A stretch of 63,090 nucleotides of DNA, counting the filler, from Nemertoderma westbladi (lineage: Eukaryota > Animalia > Xenacoelomorpha): the NCBI GenBank assembly GCA_032718475.1. It is 3 parts of 3 records of this genome, joined end to end, with 100 filler letters (N's around TTAATTAATTAA, not from the genome) between each part and the next. Parts side by side here need not be neighbours in the genome. Positions count along the whole stretch, not along the records: positions 1 to 21,233 come from JAUCBJ010002552.1; positions 21,334 to 46,525 come from JAUCBJ010005867.1; 1 more part is not named here. One strand, 5' to 3'. The position numbers were made by a program, and so were the translations under genes. Under the pieces are notes generated by a model, which was not told where the DNA came from, did not search any database, and saw only the letters and a program-made list of their open reading frames with translations. Positions within the stretch are counted from its first letter, which is position 1, and each line of letters starts with the position of its first letter. This document shows positions 9,859-22,122 of the stretch, piece after piece.

Positions 9859-12800
9859 ATGAGTGAATCGGGCGAGACACCGATGCGGACCCCGGACGAA
9901 GATCAAACGATCCGCGAGGCCGCGACCAAGCGATACAGGCCCACGACGCCGGAGCCATCGATAACGGGCGAACCGGAAGTCCAGAACGAGCCAAGAGAAA
10001 GCGAGAGCGGGACGGAGGGAGATGGAGACGAGTCGACACGAGACGGAGAACGGCGCGCCAATGTCGCCGGCCAGCTACCGGCCGAGGGCGACGAGCGGCC
10101 CACCGAAACGGCGACGGTGGGGCCGACGGTGCGACGCCGGACGCGAAGAGACGGAGGAGAGATCGGTACCGATGTCGCCGGCCAGCTACAGGCCGAGGGC
10201 GACGGACGGCCCACCGGAACGGCGACGGTGGAGCCGCCGGTACGACGTCGAACCCGGAGGAACGGAGGAGAAGTCGGCGAGGAGGACGTCGGGGTCTCAG
10301 AGCGACTTCGACGAGCCTACATCGCGGCCCGGAGGATGCTAAAGGATGCCAAAAAGGAAGGGGCGAAGGTAGACGAGGTGAGACTGAGAAAGCGACTAGG
10401 TGAGTCGGATAGACACTTTAATTATCTAATACGTTTTGGGCAGAGAGAACTAGCCGAAATGAGAGCACATGAGATTGCCGGGGAACTGATTGAACTATGG
10501 GAGTGTGGGAGTATGGAACCTAGCGTAGCGCCAGTGTACGTAGGGCCATACTTAGTCGATGCCCGGGGAGTAAAATTAGTGGGTTGGAAGAGACCTGAGG
10601 AGGGCGAATCCGAGGTTAACTCCGAGGATTCGGTCTCGTCGGTTGGAGGAAGTTCCGGGAGGCGGGGGAAAGTTAGTAGGACGGAGGGGCGACGGGAGTC
10701 CGTCGCAACCGATAAGTCTGCTACATCCTCCGCGAAAGAAAGAAGGGTGCTGAAAATAAATCTGACGTATGAATTAGCGATGGTGGCGACAGAGCAGAAT
10801 GAGTTAGAGAGACGATTGAGAGAGGAAACCGCATGGTTGGAGAGAGAAAGAGAGTGGGCAAGGGAGGATAGAGAGAGAGTCAAGGAGTGTAGAGAGCGGG
10901 AGATGAGAGTAGGGGACGAGCCGGCGACGTGGCTTGAGATGGTTGCGAGAGATACCGAGTTGGCCGAGCAAAGTTTACGAGAGTGCATAAAGAGAGAGAT
11001 AGAGATAGAGCGTGAGCGGGAAGATTTGCGTGCTCAGCTAGGGAGGCTTGCGCAATATCAAGCCAAACTAGACCAGCGCCGACTAGAACTGGCGCGGTTG
11101 GAAATGTCAGAGAGTGAGCCCCCACTTACAAGCAGCGAGCGAGATAACCAGAGCTGGTGTAGCCGTACGGGCGGGGGGGGGGGGTAATAATAGTACGTTA
11201 GAAGTAGATAATATTAATAGTACCGTAGTAAATAACCCTAATCCCTTTATTGCAGCGAATAATATTTTACCTGGTAGTAGTAATTTAAATTTAAATACAA
11301 ATACTCTAAATAATAATTTCAATTCAAACCCGCAAAATAATTCGAATAATAATTTAAGTTTAGAGAATAGTAGTGATCTAAGTAATTTAAATAATTTAAA
11401 TAATAATCCCGTTTCAAATTCTAATAATTTAATTGATTTAACAAATAATATTGGGAATGGTGCTATTAATGTGAGCGTGTCGGACGTACATAACCCGGCA
11501 GACGGTGGCCTGGTAGGCCACGTAGTTAGTAGGCAGGAAGTGGCAGGGTTGAGCCAACCCGACGGCGGCCTGGTAGGCCACGTAGTTGGTAGGCAGGAGG
11601 TAGCGGGGTTGAGCCAACCCGAAGTAGGCCTGATGGGCCACGCAGTAGTAGAGAGAGAGGCGGGGGTGAATAGACCCAACCGTAGTAGAGACAGTGCGTC
11701 GACTAGAGAGGGGCGTAGAGACGAAGTGAGAGATAGTGAAGTTAGATGTGGCGGGTGGGGGGGGGGCTACCGGCGCCCCACCACATAAGATTGGTGGCGA
11801 GAGAGGGGGGGCAGAGAATGCCCCACAAGAGGGGTGTAGAAGTGTAGTAAGAGGTAGTGAAGTTAGAAGTGGCGGGTGGGGGGGGGGGGCTACGGGCACC
11901 CCACCGCGAGAGATTAGTAGAGAGAGAGGGGGGGCAGAGAGTGTCCCACAGCCGTCAGCGGATAATGCGCGGGCCGAGCTAGGTAAACCGCAACACCCGG
12001 CGGCGGAGAGTAATAGGGGAATTGCGAGTATCCCCAGCGGCGTGCGATCGAGCAGAGAGAGGCAGGTTGACGTCGCGAGAGGGCAGACGAAGCGTCGGGC
12101 CCGATCAGAAGAGAGAAGAAGAAGAGTGGAGTTTAACCGGGAGGTCGACGAGAGATCTCACCAGTCGGAATACTGCACTGAAAAGAGAAGAAGAGGAGAT
12201 AGTAGAAAAGGTGTCGCCACGAACGATAGGAGTGCGAGGACGGATAACGGACCGTCGACAGTAGAGATGGAGTCAGGGAGCCAGTGGGGTCGAACTTCGG
12301 GAGATTGCCGTCGCCCCGGAGAAACGCACCGCACGCCAAGAGAGGGGTACAGGAGGTACCAATACAAAGTCGAGAACAGGAGAGGGGATCGAAGAGAAGC
12401 TTCCCGACGGGATATAGCTGCCGATCGAGAGTGCAGTAGTCGCGGGGAGATTCGAGATTCGCGAAGAATAAACTTCGGTTCGGAAGGGCACATGCAGACT
12501 GCAGGACATACTGTAGGTCTTACTGCACATACTATTATAGGCCATGCTGGGAGAGATAGAGTAGGCGATGGGGTAGCGCGAACGACGGGATTAAACCCGG
12601 AAGTCGCGGAGTACATACCGGTAGGTAGGCGAGAGGTAGGTAGGCCTATATCGGTACAGCAGCATGACTATAATACACAGGGACATAACATATATCCAGG
12701 GGAGGGGGGAGTTATTGTAGATAGATGTATGGGCCCCAATATATTAACATCAACCCCAGTACCAAACATACTGGCTGGGGGGGGACAGGGTGACATTCCC

Positions 12801-13634
12801 CCATCACAATATCGACAATATACCCCGATAGGAGCAAGAATATCGAACTCCCTGGACGAGAGCAGGTCGTGCGGACAGTCACCACCACACGCGGCCATAC
12901 AGGGGACTGCTAGTCCACAGTTAGCTGGTAGCAGGGCCACACCGTGGCGGGGACAGAAAGAAAATAACACCAAAAATAAACACAATCCCAATATACCCAG
13001 TAGGCCGAGTCTAGACAACCAAAACACTAAATCGGTACATATAAACCTAAGCGCGATACGTGAAGGACTATACAGGAAACGCTATAATCCAGGATTCCAA
13101 TGTCAATTACATCGGGACGGAACCCATAAGACCAGGAGTTGCAAGTACTGGCAAGCGTTGCCCAAACGAGATCGTGTAGCCTACACAGACGCAAACGGAC
13201 TATGTCATCGATGTGTGGTAAAAGGACACAGATCCGGAGAGTGTTGGAAAGAGAGAGGATATGAAAGGACTAAACCAGGGGCAGAGAAGCCCATTAGCAA
13301 ACATAAGGGAGTCGGGAAAGTAGAAGGAGGCGTGTTGCATACACACGCAGGACTGACACAGTGCGAGGGGGCATTACATGGGCAGACACCGCATATACCG
13401 AGGGACGAGCGGGGGTCGTCGAGGGCCTTAATGCCAGCGCACATACGAAGGGGGGGGCCAGCAAAGGTAGCACCGAAGAGAGTGTGGCGAAGAGTTAGAG
13501 GACGTATAGGAGGGCAGCAGGAGAGTGCCTACCGGAAGAAGGGGCACGTAAGAGTTTTTAGTCGTCCAAAGTTTTGGACTGAGGGGGTGGGAATGAGGGC
13601 GAGACGCCCTTCCCACGCACAAAATATAAAATAA
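9859..13634 (+). CDS. Gag-like protein (~1250 aa if joined), split into three ORFs by indels in G runs (11173-11184, 11757-11766)
   Basis: N-terminal coiled coil, Asn-rich tract, and C-terminal CQLHRDGTHKTRSC..R....GLCHRCVVKGHRSGEC double knuckle typical of Bel/Pao Gag; successive ORFs shift +1 at the G runs. Confidence 0.7.
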
Positions 13635-13674
13635 TTATTTAATTAAAAATAATTAAATAATAGAGTAGGTAGAA

Positions 13675-15330
13675 GTTAGGTAGTTAGTTAGTTAGTTAGT
13701 TAGTTAAAGGGTGGTACGTAGTACCGTTAGTAGAAGAGTTAGTAGGAGGGTACGTGTAGTACCGTTAGTAGAAGAGTTAGTAGGAGGGTACGTGTAGTAC
13801 CGTTAGTAGAAGAGTTAGTAGGAGGGTACGTGTAGTACCGTTAGTAGAAGAGTTAGTAGGAGGGTACGTGTAGTACCGTTAGTAGAAGAGTTAGTAGGAG
13901 GGTACGTGTAGTACCGTTAGTAGAAGAGTTAGTAGGAGGGTACGTGTAGTACCGTTAGTAGAAGAGTTAGTAGGAGGGTACGTGTAGTACCGTTAGTAGA
14001 AGAGTTAGTAGGAGGGTACGTGTAGTACCGTTAGTAGAAGAGTTAGTAGGAGGGTACGTGTAGTACCGTTAGTAGAAGAGTTAGTAGGAGGGTACGTGTA
14101 GTACCGTTAGTAGAAGAGAGTTAGAGGGTACGTAAGTACCGCTAGTTAGTAGAGTTAGAGGGTACGTAAGTACCGCTAGGTAGTTAGAGTTAGAGGGTAC
14201 GTAAGTACTGCTAGTTAGAGTAAGAGTTAGAGGGTACGTAGTACCGTTAGAGAGTAGGAGTTAAGGGGTACGTAGTACCGTTAGAGAGTTAGTAAGAGTA
14301 AGAGGGTACGTAGTACCGCTAGCTAGTAGAGAGAGCTAGAGTAGTAAGAGGGTACGTTGTACCGCTAGCTAGTAGAGAGAGCTAGGAGTAGTAAGAGGGT
14401 ACGTAGTACCGCTAGTTAGGGGTGTTAGTAGTAGCAGTAGAGGGTTGTGGGCACCGTAAGCGCCACGTAGTTAGAGTTAGTAGGGAATGCGCTGAACTTA
14501 GTGGGGCACGGGCGTGATGATGTGTTTGATGTAAGAGCAGGGTATGTTAATTAGGGTGGGTGCCGGGCACAAGAGGTGCCGGGCACAAAAAGAGTTAGTA
14601 GTAGAGTTAGTTGAGTTAGTAGAGAGTTAGTAGAGTTAGTAGAGTTAGAAGGTGCCGGGCACAAGAGGTGCCGGGCACAAAAAGAGTTAGTAGAGTTAGA
14701 AGAGAGTTAGTAGAGTTAGTAGAGTCAGTAGTAGTTCACATAATTAACGTACCCACTCTGCCGGCACTCAGAGCGTCACGTGTAGGCGATGAGACGTAAA
14801 GGGGATGTAGAGGGGTAGAGACGGGCACATAGGGTGCCAGAGAGTAGAAGAGTAGAGACGGGCACATAGGGTGCCAGGTAGTAAGTTAGAGAGGTAGTAG
14901 TGTAGTAGAGAGGGCACATAGGGTGCCAGGTAGTAGAGTAGAGCAGAGGGGGCACATAGGGTGCCAGGTAGTAGAGCTAGAGAGGTAGTTGAGTAGTAGA
15001 AGGGCACATAGGGTGCCAGATAGTAGAGTGGTTGTGGGCACCGCAAGCGCCACGTAGTTAGAAGAGTAGAGTAGAGTTAGCAGAGCTAGTGGAGTAGAGT
15101 TAGTAGAGCTAGTTAGCAGAGTTGGTAGACTCAGAGGAGTCAAGTAGAGTTGATAGAAGTAGAGAGCTAGTAGGAGTTAGTTAGACTTAGTAGAGAGTTA
15201 GAGTCAGTAGAAAGTTAGAGGCTCTCAGTTAGAGCTAGAAGTAGTAAGAGTTAGTAGTTAGCAGAGTTAGTTAGATAGTTAGAGTTAGTAAGCAGTAGGT
15301 AGATAGTATGATAGCACAGGGGTAGCATTA
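13675..15330 (+). repeat. Strand-biased (C-poor) tandem arrays in the 3' part of the LTR element; 38-bp unit x ~10 plus derived units
   Basis: GTACGTGTAGTACCGTTAGTAGAAGAGTTAGTAGGAGG repeats, then GGGCACATAGGGTGCC units within AGTTAGTAG linkers. Confidence 0.9.
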
Positions 15331-15706
15331 GAGATTAAAGCCTTAGGGAGTGACAAGAGAGTAGAGAGTAATAGTGCGGAGTGCGAAGAGAGCGTGGGCG
15401 CAATTCAAGTGTGGGGGAGGAGAAGTGAGAGGAAGAGTGTGGGACGAGGAGGTCCGGGGGTATGCGAGAGTTGGAGTAGAGTGGTGAGAGTGTTGGGGAA
15501 ACAAAAATTGTGTGAGAGAAGCGCACGATCGGCCCGACACGAGACGCCAGAGGGTAGTGACATCATACCCATAGGGAGCGGCCTGGAAAGCCGACTCCGA
15601 AAAAATAGACCCACCCCACACCCGATGCTAGATCGGGATCCAGCGGAATTGTAGCGCACTTGAGTTGGATGCTATCTTCTCACCGGGAAGATAGCATGGG
15701 GGGGAG

Positions 15707-16230
15707 TGTTAGCTTATCCAATTCCGCTAACACAAACCCATAGAGTGAGCCATAAAGCAATATTGGGAGCACGAGGTTGATTACCAATCAACCTCGTGTC
15801 AGCCCAGTAAACGGGGACAATAGGCCCCAAAGGAGACACACACAATAGGGGTCAGGGGCCAAACCCCTAACCGAGAGAGAACACAGGGAGTGAAGGGAAA
15901 CACCCCAAAGGGTGCCAACAGGGATATCAACCAATCAGAGGGGGGAAAGGCATCGATTGAGTAGCAATAAGGCCACCGTGCAATATAACCAGTAACCTGT
16001 AATCATTCATTCAGTTTACTCAGTCAGATCAGTAGGGTGGAACCGTCTGTCACCGTCTGCTACCGCCATTATATATTACCTGTTGTGTCATACTATACTA
16101 TATCAACTATCAGACTATTATACCTTTATACATATTACCCAACATCAGAACTCTTTTACCTTTCACACACGGCGGGGACGCGTGGATAGAAAACCCAACG
16201 GATAAACTGGGATCCGTAGATCCCGTCACA
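15707..16230 (+). repeat. 3' LTR (524 bp)
   Basis: Direct repeat of 7183-7711, preceded by the PPT and followed by the TSD. Confidence 0.95.
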
Positions 16231-16305
16231 GGATCTTCCATTCCAAGATTTTCCGTAGGAGCAAGTCTGTCAATTCAATTCAATTTCAATTCAACATATT
16301 TATTT

Positions 16306-16762
16306 CCCAAATATTACATTACATACACAAATAATAGGCCTACATGTGTACACAAATATTACATTACATACACAAATAATAGGCATACATGTGCACACAA
16401 ATATTACATTACATACACAAATAATAGGCCTACATGTGTATACAAATATTACATTACATACACAAATAATAGGCCTACATGTGTACACAAATATTACATT
16501 ACATACACAAATAATAGGACTACATGTGTATACAAATATTACATTACATACACAAATAATAGGCCTACATGCACACAAATATTACATTACATACACAAAT
16601 AATAGGCCTACATGTGTACACAAATATTACATTACATACACAAATAATAGGCCTACATGTGTACACAAATATTACATTACATACACAAATAATAGGCCTA
16701 CATGTGTATACAAATATTACATTACATACACAAATAATAGGCCTACATGTGTACACAAATAT
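16306..16762. repeat. Minisatellite, 42 bp unit, ~11 copies, next to a (TTGAA)n LINE-type tail on the minus strand
   Basis: CAAATATTACATTACATACACAAATAATAGGCCTACATGTGT repeats; 16271-16305 reads AATAAA..(TTGAA)n on the minus strand. Confidence 0.9.
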
Positions 16763-17148
16763 TTTATTTTATTTATTTATTTTATTTAAAACACTCAGTT
16801 TAATTTTAAAGAATAAAATATAAACAGGGGGAACACCACCTAGGTACAAATACCTAATTAGAAGTTATAATTAGATATATAAAATTACACTTACAGGTGG
16901 ATAAAATACACATTTAAGTAGAAGGGCAAAGGCAACAGATAGAGGGATAAACGCTAAAATACAAACAACAACAATAAAACTACAAGAATGACCAACGAAA
17001 TAAAACCAAGTAAACAGAGATTATATCATCAAGTAAAAAAACATAATTTGTTTCGAAAGCCATTGATCCTTTTTATAAAAATGACAAAAATATTAAAAAC
17101 TATTTGGTAGATTAAATATAAATGAAAACAAATAAAAAATATATGTGG

Positions 17149-19945
17149 TTAATTTAAAAATCTGTTAAAATGACAATATGGCAATAGATCAACATCTTTC
17201 AATTTATCAGTAAAAATATTTACATTTGCAGAATTGACAATTTCTTCGGGTAAGGAATTCCAAATATCTACAGTTCTGTTTGAAAAAGAGTTTTTTACAA
17301 TTTGTAGACGGCAAAACGATTTGAAAAGCTTACGGTTATGGCCTCTATTTCTAATATTGGTACTTAAAGTGAAAAAGTCATTAAAATTTAGATCAACATC
17401 ATTATGAAAAATACTATACACCATTTTTAAATCATAAATATGCCTACGTACTTCTAGAGGTTGTAGCTTAAGAAAATTAATTCTCTCCATGTAACTACGG
17501 CTGCCGAGGTTACAGCGCTTAAAAAGACGCCGGGTGAAGTAACGCTGAACCCGTTCGATTAAATCAATACTACCTAACGTAAATGGAGAGCAAACGGCAG
17601 TACAATATTCTAGTAATGGTCTGGCATATGACTTATACGCTGTACAAATGGCTTTCAGGTTACCGGTATAAAAACACTTAAATAAAATATTCACTACTCT
17701 ATACGCCTTCTTTACTTGTTCACGGTAGTGAAGATCAAATTTCAAATCATGATTCACAATTACACCAAGATCTCTACAAAAGTCATCATTTTTTATAAGG
17801 TTACCATTAAGAAAGTATTGCACAGGTGACACCTTTATACAAGTTGTAGATAAATGAACTACTGAACATTTGTGTGCAGCTATCTTGACCTGCCACTCAT
17901 TTGCCCAAGTCTCTAGTGATTTGAGAGCTTCTGCCAATGAATGGATGTCTGATGATTTGCTGTACAACTTGAGATCGTCAGCGAATAAATTACAACAGGT
18001 GCCGGTACCTATAATATCAGGTAAATCATTAACATAGAGTAAAAATAATAATGGCCCTAAAACGCTTCCTTGAATTGTACCTGATATAACTTTGCTTACG
18101 ACAGAAATAGTATTACCAACCAAGACTTGTTGGGTACGATTACATAGAAAAGCACCAATCCACAATAACAAGTGACCCGAGATACCGTAGCTAGCAAGTT
18201 TAGCCAAAAGTTTACAGTGAACGACAGAATCAAACGCCTTGGCGAAATCTATGTATATAACGTCTATAGAGCTGCGACTGTCAAGCAGCTTAAACCATTT
18301 ATTAGTACTGTCAAGCAATTGAGTACAAGTACTGCGACGTTTCATAAATCCATGTTGCGACTTACTAATAATATTATGCAACCTTAGGTACAATAATACA
18401 TCATTTTTGATACATAACTCCATTATTTTACATGTTACACATGTAAGCGAAATGGGGCGGTAGTTATACGGATTAGTGTGGCTGCCCTTCTTAAAGAGGG
18501 GGATAATGTTAGCAGTGAGCCATATAGAGGGTAAAGCGTGAGATTCAAATGATACTTTAAATAAAATAGACAACGGAACAGATAAACATTTAGGTAGTTT
18601 CGCAAAAATAAAACTGGGAAAACCATCTGGAGTTTTTCCACATTTAGCCTTAATATTCTTAAGTACAGAATAAACAGCACCAGGGGAAAAATCTACAGTG
18701 GAAATGTGTACACCATTAGCTACTCTACGGTTAAAAATAGGCATTGATTCATTATCCTTTGTAAAATTCTCAGAAAAAACTTCAGAAAATATATGTGCTT
18801 TAGTAGTGTCATCAATTATTACTTTGCCATTCATTTTAAACGCAGATATACCCGATCTGACTTTACGTTTGCTATTAACATAAGTAAAAATAGCGTTAGG
18901 CTTGCCAGATGTTAATATTTTGTTTTCACGTGCACAAGCCACTCTAAAGATGCCTTTAGAAACGGCCTTGGCACATTTCTTATACTCCTCTTGGCCGTTT
19001 TCTGTGTGGCGACGACGCCATAACAATTTCTTTCGCTTTTGTAATTTCGTTATAAAGCGCGGATGTGATTTATTACTTGAAATTTTAGTGAAAGGTACAA
19101 ATTTTTCGATACCGGATTTCAAAATTTCGGCAAATGCCAACCAATAATCATCCACAGATTCACAATTGTTATATACATCGGACCAGTTATAATTATCTAA
19201 GTATGCACCAAAGCTTATATAGTTGCCTTTCTTAAAGTTATAAAAACCGGCATCATCATTTTGAACATACTGTTTAGGAGAAACGATACTAAAAATAATT
19301 CCTGAATGATCACTAGTCGAAAAATTTTCGCGAGTATCAACATCAGATACGAACATATCCTCAGAAGTGAAAACAAGATCTAACACACTATTTAAGCGAG
19401 TTGGTTTAAATTGGAGTTGTTCAAGGCCACTTTCTAAAATAAAATTAGAAAAAGTATTATAGAGACTATTATCAGGGTGGGATCCATCAGACCAGTTAAA
19501 AAGAGGCAAATTAAAGTCACCAAAAACTGTTACAGGAAAGTCCACATTGCATAAATCTGATAAACCCAGACATAACCGGCGATCATCATCGTTTGACGAG
19601 GAAGGGGTTCGATAAACGCAAATCAAACGGCAAGGATGCTGACCTACGAGATCGAGGGCGACGATCTCCAGACCTTCGAATTTTTCACCAGAAAGTTCAA
19701 TTCGATGGATAGGTGCTCCCAGGGCGCAGTCACGGATAAGGATTGCGACACCGCCTGCCCTTAAAACACGATCGTTGCGATAAACACTAAACTTCCCGTT
19801 CCCGGACAGCATACCATCAGTAAAGGAGCTCGTCAGCCAGGTTTCCGTAATTCCGATTACGTCAAATTCGCAGTCGGCCAAAAAAGCGTTCAATTCGGCC
19901 AATTTGTTACCTAGAGATTGGGCGTTGAAGCAACAACATTCTATG
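17149..19945 (-). CDS. CR1 ORF2: APE endonuclease plus reverse transcriptase
   Basis: CFNAQSLGNK, IGITETWL, GDFNLP, LDLVF, SDH; YRPISLT, QHGF, YIDFAKAFDSV, QGSVLGPLLF, LFADDLK, RDLGV, RGHNRKL. Confidence 0.95.
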
Positions 19946-19979
19946 AAAGGCGAGACACAGTGCGTCTGGTATTCCCCCG

Positions 19980-21128
19980 TTACGCGTTTCCCAGATTTCC
20001 CCGGACGGCATGCTCCTGGGTGCCAGTAGCAGTAGGTCTGGCGGAATCAGCTGGGGTAGCCGGAGTAAACGCGCTGGCTGTGGTTGTAGTCGCACGTCCT
20101 AGTGGTCTGGAAGCCCTCGACTGTCGACGTAGGTAAGCTTGCTGCATCTGTAGTTTGGTTAGATCGTTGTCAATAAAGACATTCCGATGATCAACGGAAT
20201 TTCTCAGTTTCGACTTCTCCTTTATGACTTGGGACTTACTTACGAGATTTGATGCTTGTACAATTAACAACGATGATCCTTCGCCATGTTTGTTGCGCCT
20301 AAATAGTACTTTATCAACGGATCCCGCGATGGATAATTCCTTACTTATGAAACTGTTAACGAATTCCAGCTCTTTGCCTTTATCCTCTGGTAGATCGAGA
20401 CCGCGTATAACAAAGTTTTTCTCCCGTTTCTGCTGCTCTTGAAGTTCCTTTCCTACATCGTCGACAGAAATCATCGGGACACGAGAAGAGGAAGCTTTAG
20501 TGTTCCCCCTGTTCGTTGTAGTCACAGGTACTTTGAACCATGGGTTGGAGGAGCTATCTACCGGGGAGTCGTCCCTAGCTGCGATTTCACTCCGCAAATC
20601 TTCAAACTTAGTGTTTAATAGAGCAGTGTGATCTTTTAGAGATTTCTCGAGTTTATTTAGCAGTTCATTATCTCTCTTCGAGGTAGAATCCAACCGAGAA
20701 TAGTCACTGATTGCTGAATCCCATTGACCTTCACATTTGTTGCAGACGATCTTACAGTTTTTGCAGTTACCAACCACAGCAAGTTGCGCCTCCGAAAGAC
20801 GAAGACAGGAACCGTGAATCCAATGACCACAGACCTCGCACCCCAAACAATTGCTGCCACTCACCTTCTTATCACAATGGGGGCAACAATCGTTAACCGA
20901 GTCATTCTCGGAGACAGAATCGAATCCGCATGAAATTGAGTGTATGTCAAAGTCTGCTTTGGATACGAACAAAGCTGAACACGAATCGCACGAAAATAAC
21001 TTCGACATATCGATTCTAGTAGGCCTAGCAGTTGGCAAAGGACTAGAAACTGGTAATCTAGACCCTGCGTCAGTAGCGAGCGATACTCGTGTAGCAGCAG
21101 TCCGCTTACCCTTCTTCGTGCCGCTCAT
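19980..21128 (-). CDS. CR1 ORF1: C2H2-like finger, PHD finger, coiled coil, RRM-like region
   Basis: CDSC..FDIH; CPHC..CEVCGHWIHGSC..CNKC PHD pattern; REKNFVIRGL; VFIDNDLTK. Confidence 0.9.
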   Translation of the reverse strand: MSGTKKGKRTAATRVSLATDAGSRLPVSSPLPTARPTRIDMSKLFSCDSCSALFVSKADFDIHSISCGFDSVSENDSVNDCCPHCDKKVSGSNCLGCEVCGHWIHGSCLRLSEAQLAVVGNCKNCKIVCNKCEGQWDSAISDYSRLDSTSKRDNELLNKLEKSLKDHTALLNTKFEDLRSEIAARDDSPVDSSSNPWFKVPVTTTNRGNTKASSSRVPMISVDDVGKELQEQQKREKNFVIRGLDLPEDKGKELEFVNSFISKELSIAGSVDKVLFRRNKHGEGSSLLIVQASNLVSKSQVIKEKSKLRNSVDHRNVFIDNDLTKLQMQQAYLRRQSRASRPLGRATTTTASAFTPATPADSARPTATGTQEHAVRGNLGNA

Positions 21129-21233
21129 TGCAGAAATATAATAGTAACAATGACAATGCAGCCGTCGATGGTAGTGAACTATTACACGTGCACATATAAT
21201 AAATCAAATAAAGATATAAAGATCAGATAATTA

Positions 21234-21333
21234 NNNNNNNNNNNNNNNNNNNNNNNNNNNNNNNNNNNNNNNNNNNNTTAATTAATTAANNNNNNNNNNN
21301 NNNNNNNNNNNNNNNNNNNNNNNNNNNNNNNNN
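21234..21333. other. Scaffold gap with TTAATTAATTAA linker
   Basis: N runs around an all-frame-stop spacer; assembly artefact. Confidence 0.95.
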
Positions 21334-22122
21334 GACCATTAAGGTACTCAGTACAGAACGCGGTGGTGTACCATATTGTACAATACATCATAACATACAG
21401 CTGATTCAGCAACCAGGTCATTGCTGATTGGTTGATTACAACTGGGGGAAGCTATGGCCATGTGGAACCTTTCACCCTGTGGAAGCTTTGACCCTGTGGG
21501 ACCTTTGACCATGTGGAACCTTTGACCATAAGCAAGCTAGTATCTCCTATGAAGTCTCGGTTTCCAGGAGACAGAATAAATATATATTATTTTGGAGAGC
21601 GGGTCAAATCCTATTGTTCAGGATGCGATGCTAGACAATGTGGGACAAGTGTAGTGCACTGTAATTATACATCAACCCCAAAGTGCGTGCACCTAGCATA
21701 AGCATGGAATGCAGAGTGCTACGTAAGGCTTTAGTATCGCTGACATTGCCCTTTGGGCTGCAACTCATGAGATCAGTTTGACCTTCACCCCATAGTACCA
21801 GGATGCGCTGGCCCGATTGTATGGTTACGGTCGCATAGCTAATACAATGATTTATGGTACATTTTAAGAAGTAATGTGAATCACACTTTGATCTAAACCT
21901 CAGACTCAACTGTAAGAAGATGGGACTATTAACTTAGCATAATTGGCTATTTTATAACAGAATAATGTCAGTATTACTATATGGATAATACGAAATTAGG
22001 CAACATTTCGAGAGGTTTGGGTCAACCATCACATCACACTTTTAATTGTAAATGTACTATAAATATAATATCATATAACAATAAAATAAATAGTGTCTGA
22101 TGACTCCAGATTGATTACTCAC

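Larger units (their letters stand above)
7183..16230 (+). mobile_element. Non-autonomous LTR retroelement (Bel/Pao-like Gag, no pol, antisense exonuclease ORF)
   Basis: LTRs 7183-7711 and 15707-16230 (TG...CA; 4 substitutions plus one block difference); TSD GGATC at 7178-7182 and 16231-16235; PPT GGGGGGGAG at 15698-15706. Confidence 0.95.
16763..21233 (-). mobile_element. Near full-length CR1-clade LINE with intact ORF1 and ORF2
   Basis: Two long uninterrupted ORFs; AT-rich 3' UTR ending in (TAAA)n; the 5' UTR runs into the assembly gap. Confidence 0.92.

Noticed and set aside
15340-15660. Possible integrase C-terminal remnant before the PPT
   Set aside because: No RT, RNase H or integrase motif recognisable in any frame.
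16300-16823. Repetitive ORFs (YTNITLHTQIIGLHV)n
   Set aside because: 42-bp minisatellite; open on both strands only because the unit length is a multiple of three.
21278-21289. TTAATTAATTAA islands inside N runs (also ~46570-46581)
   Set aside because: Artificial scaffold linker; adjacency across these gaps is not reliable.
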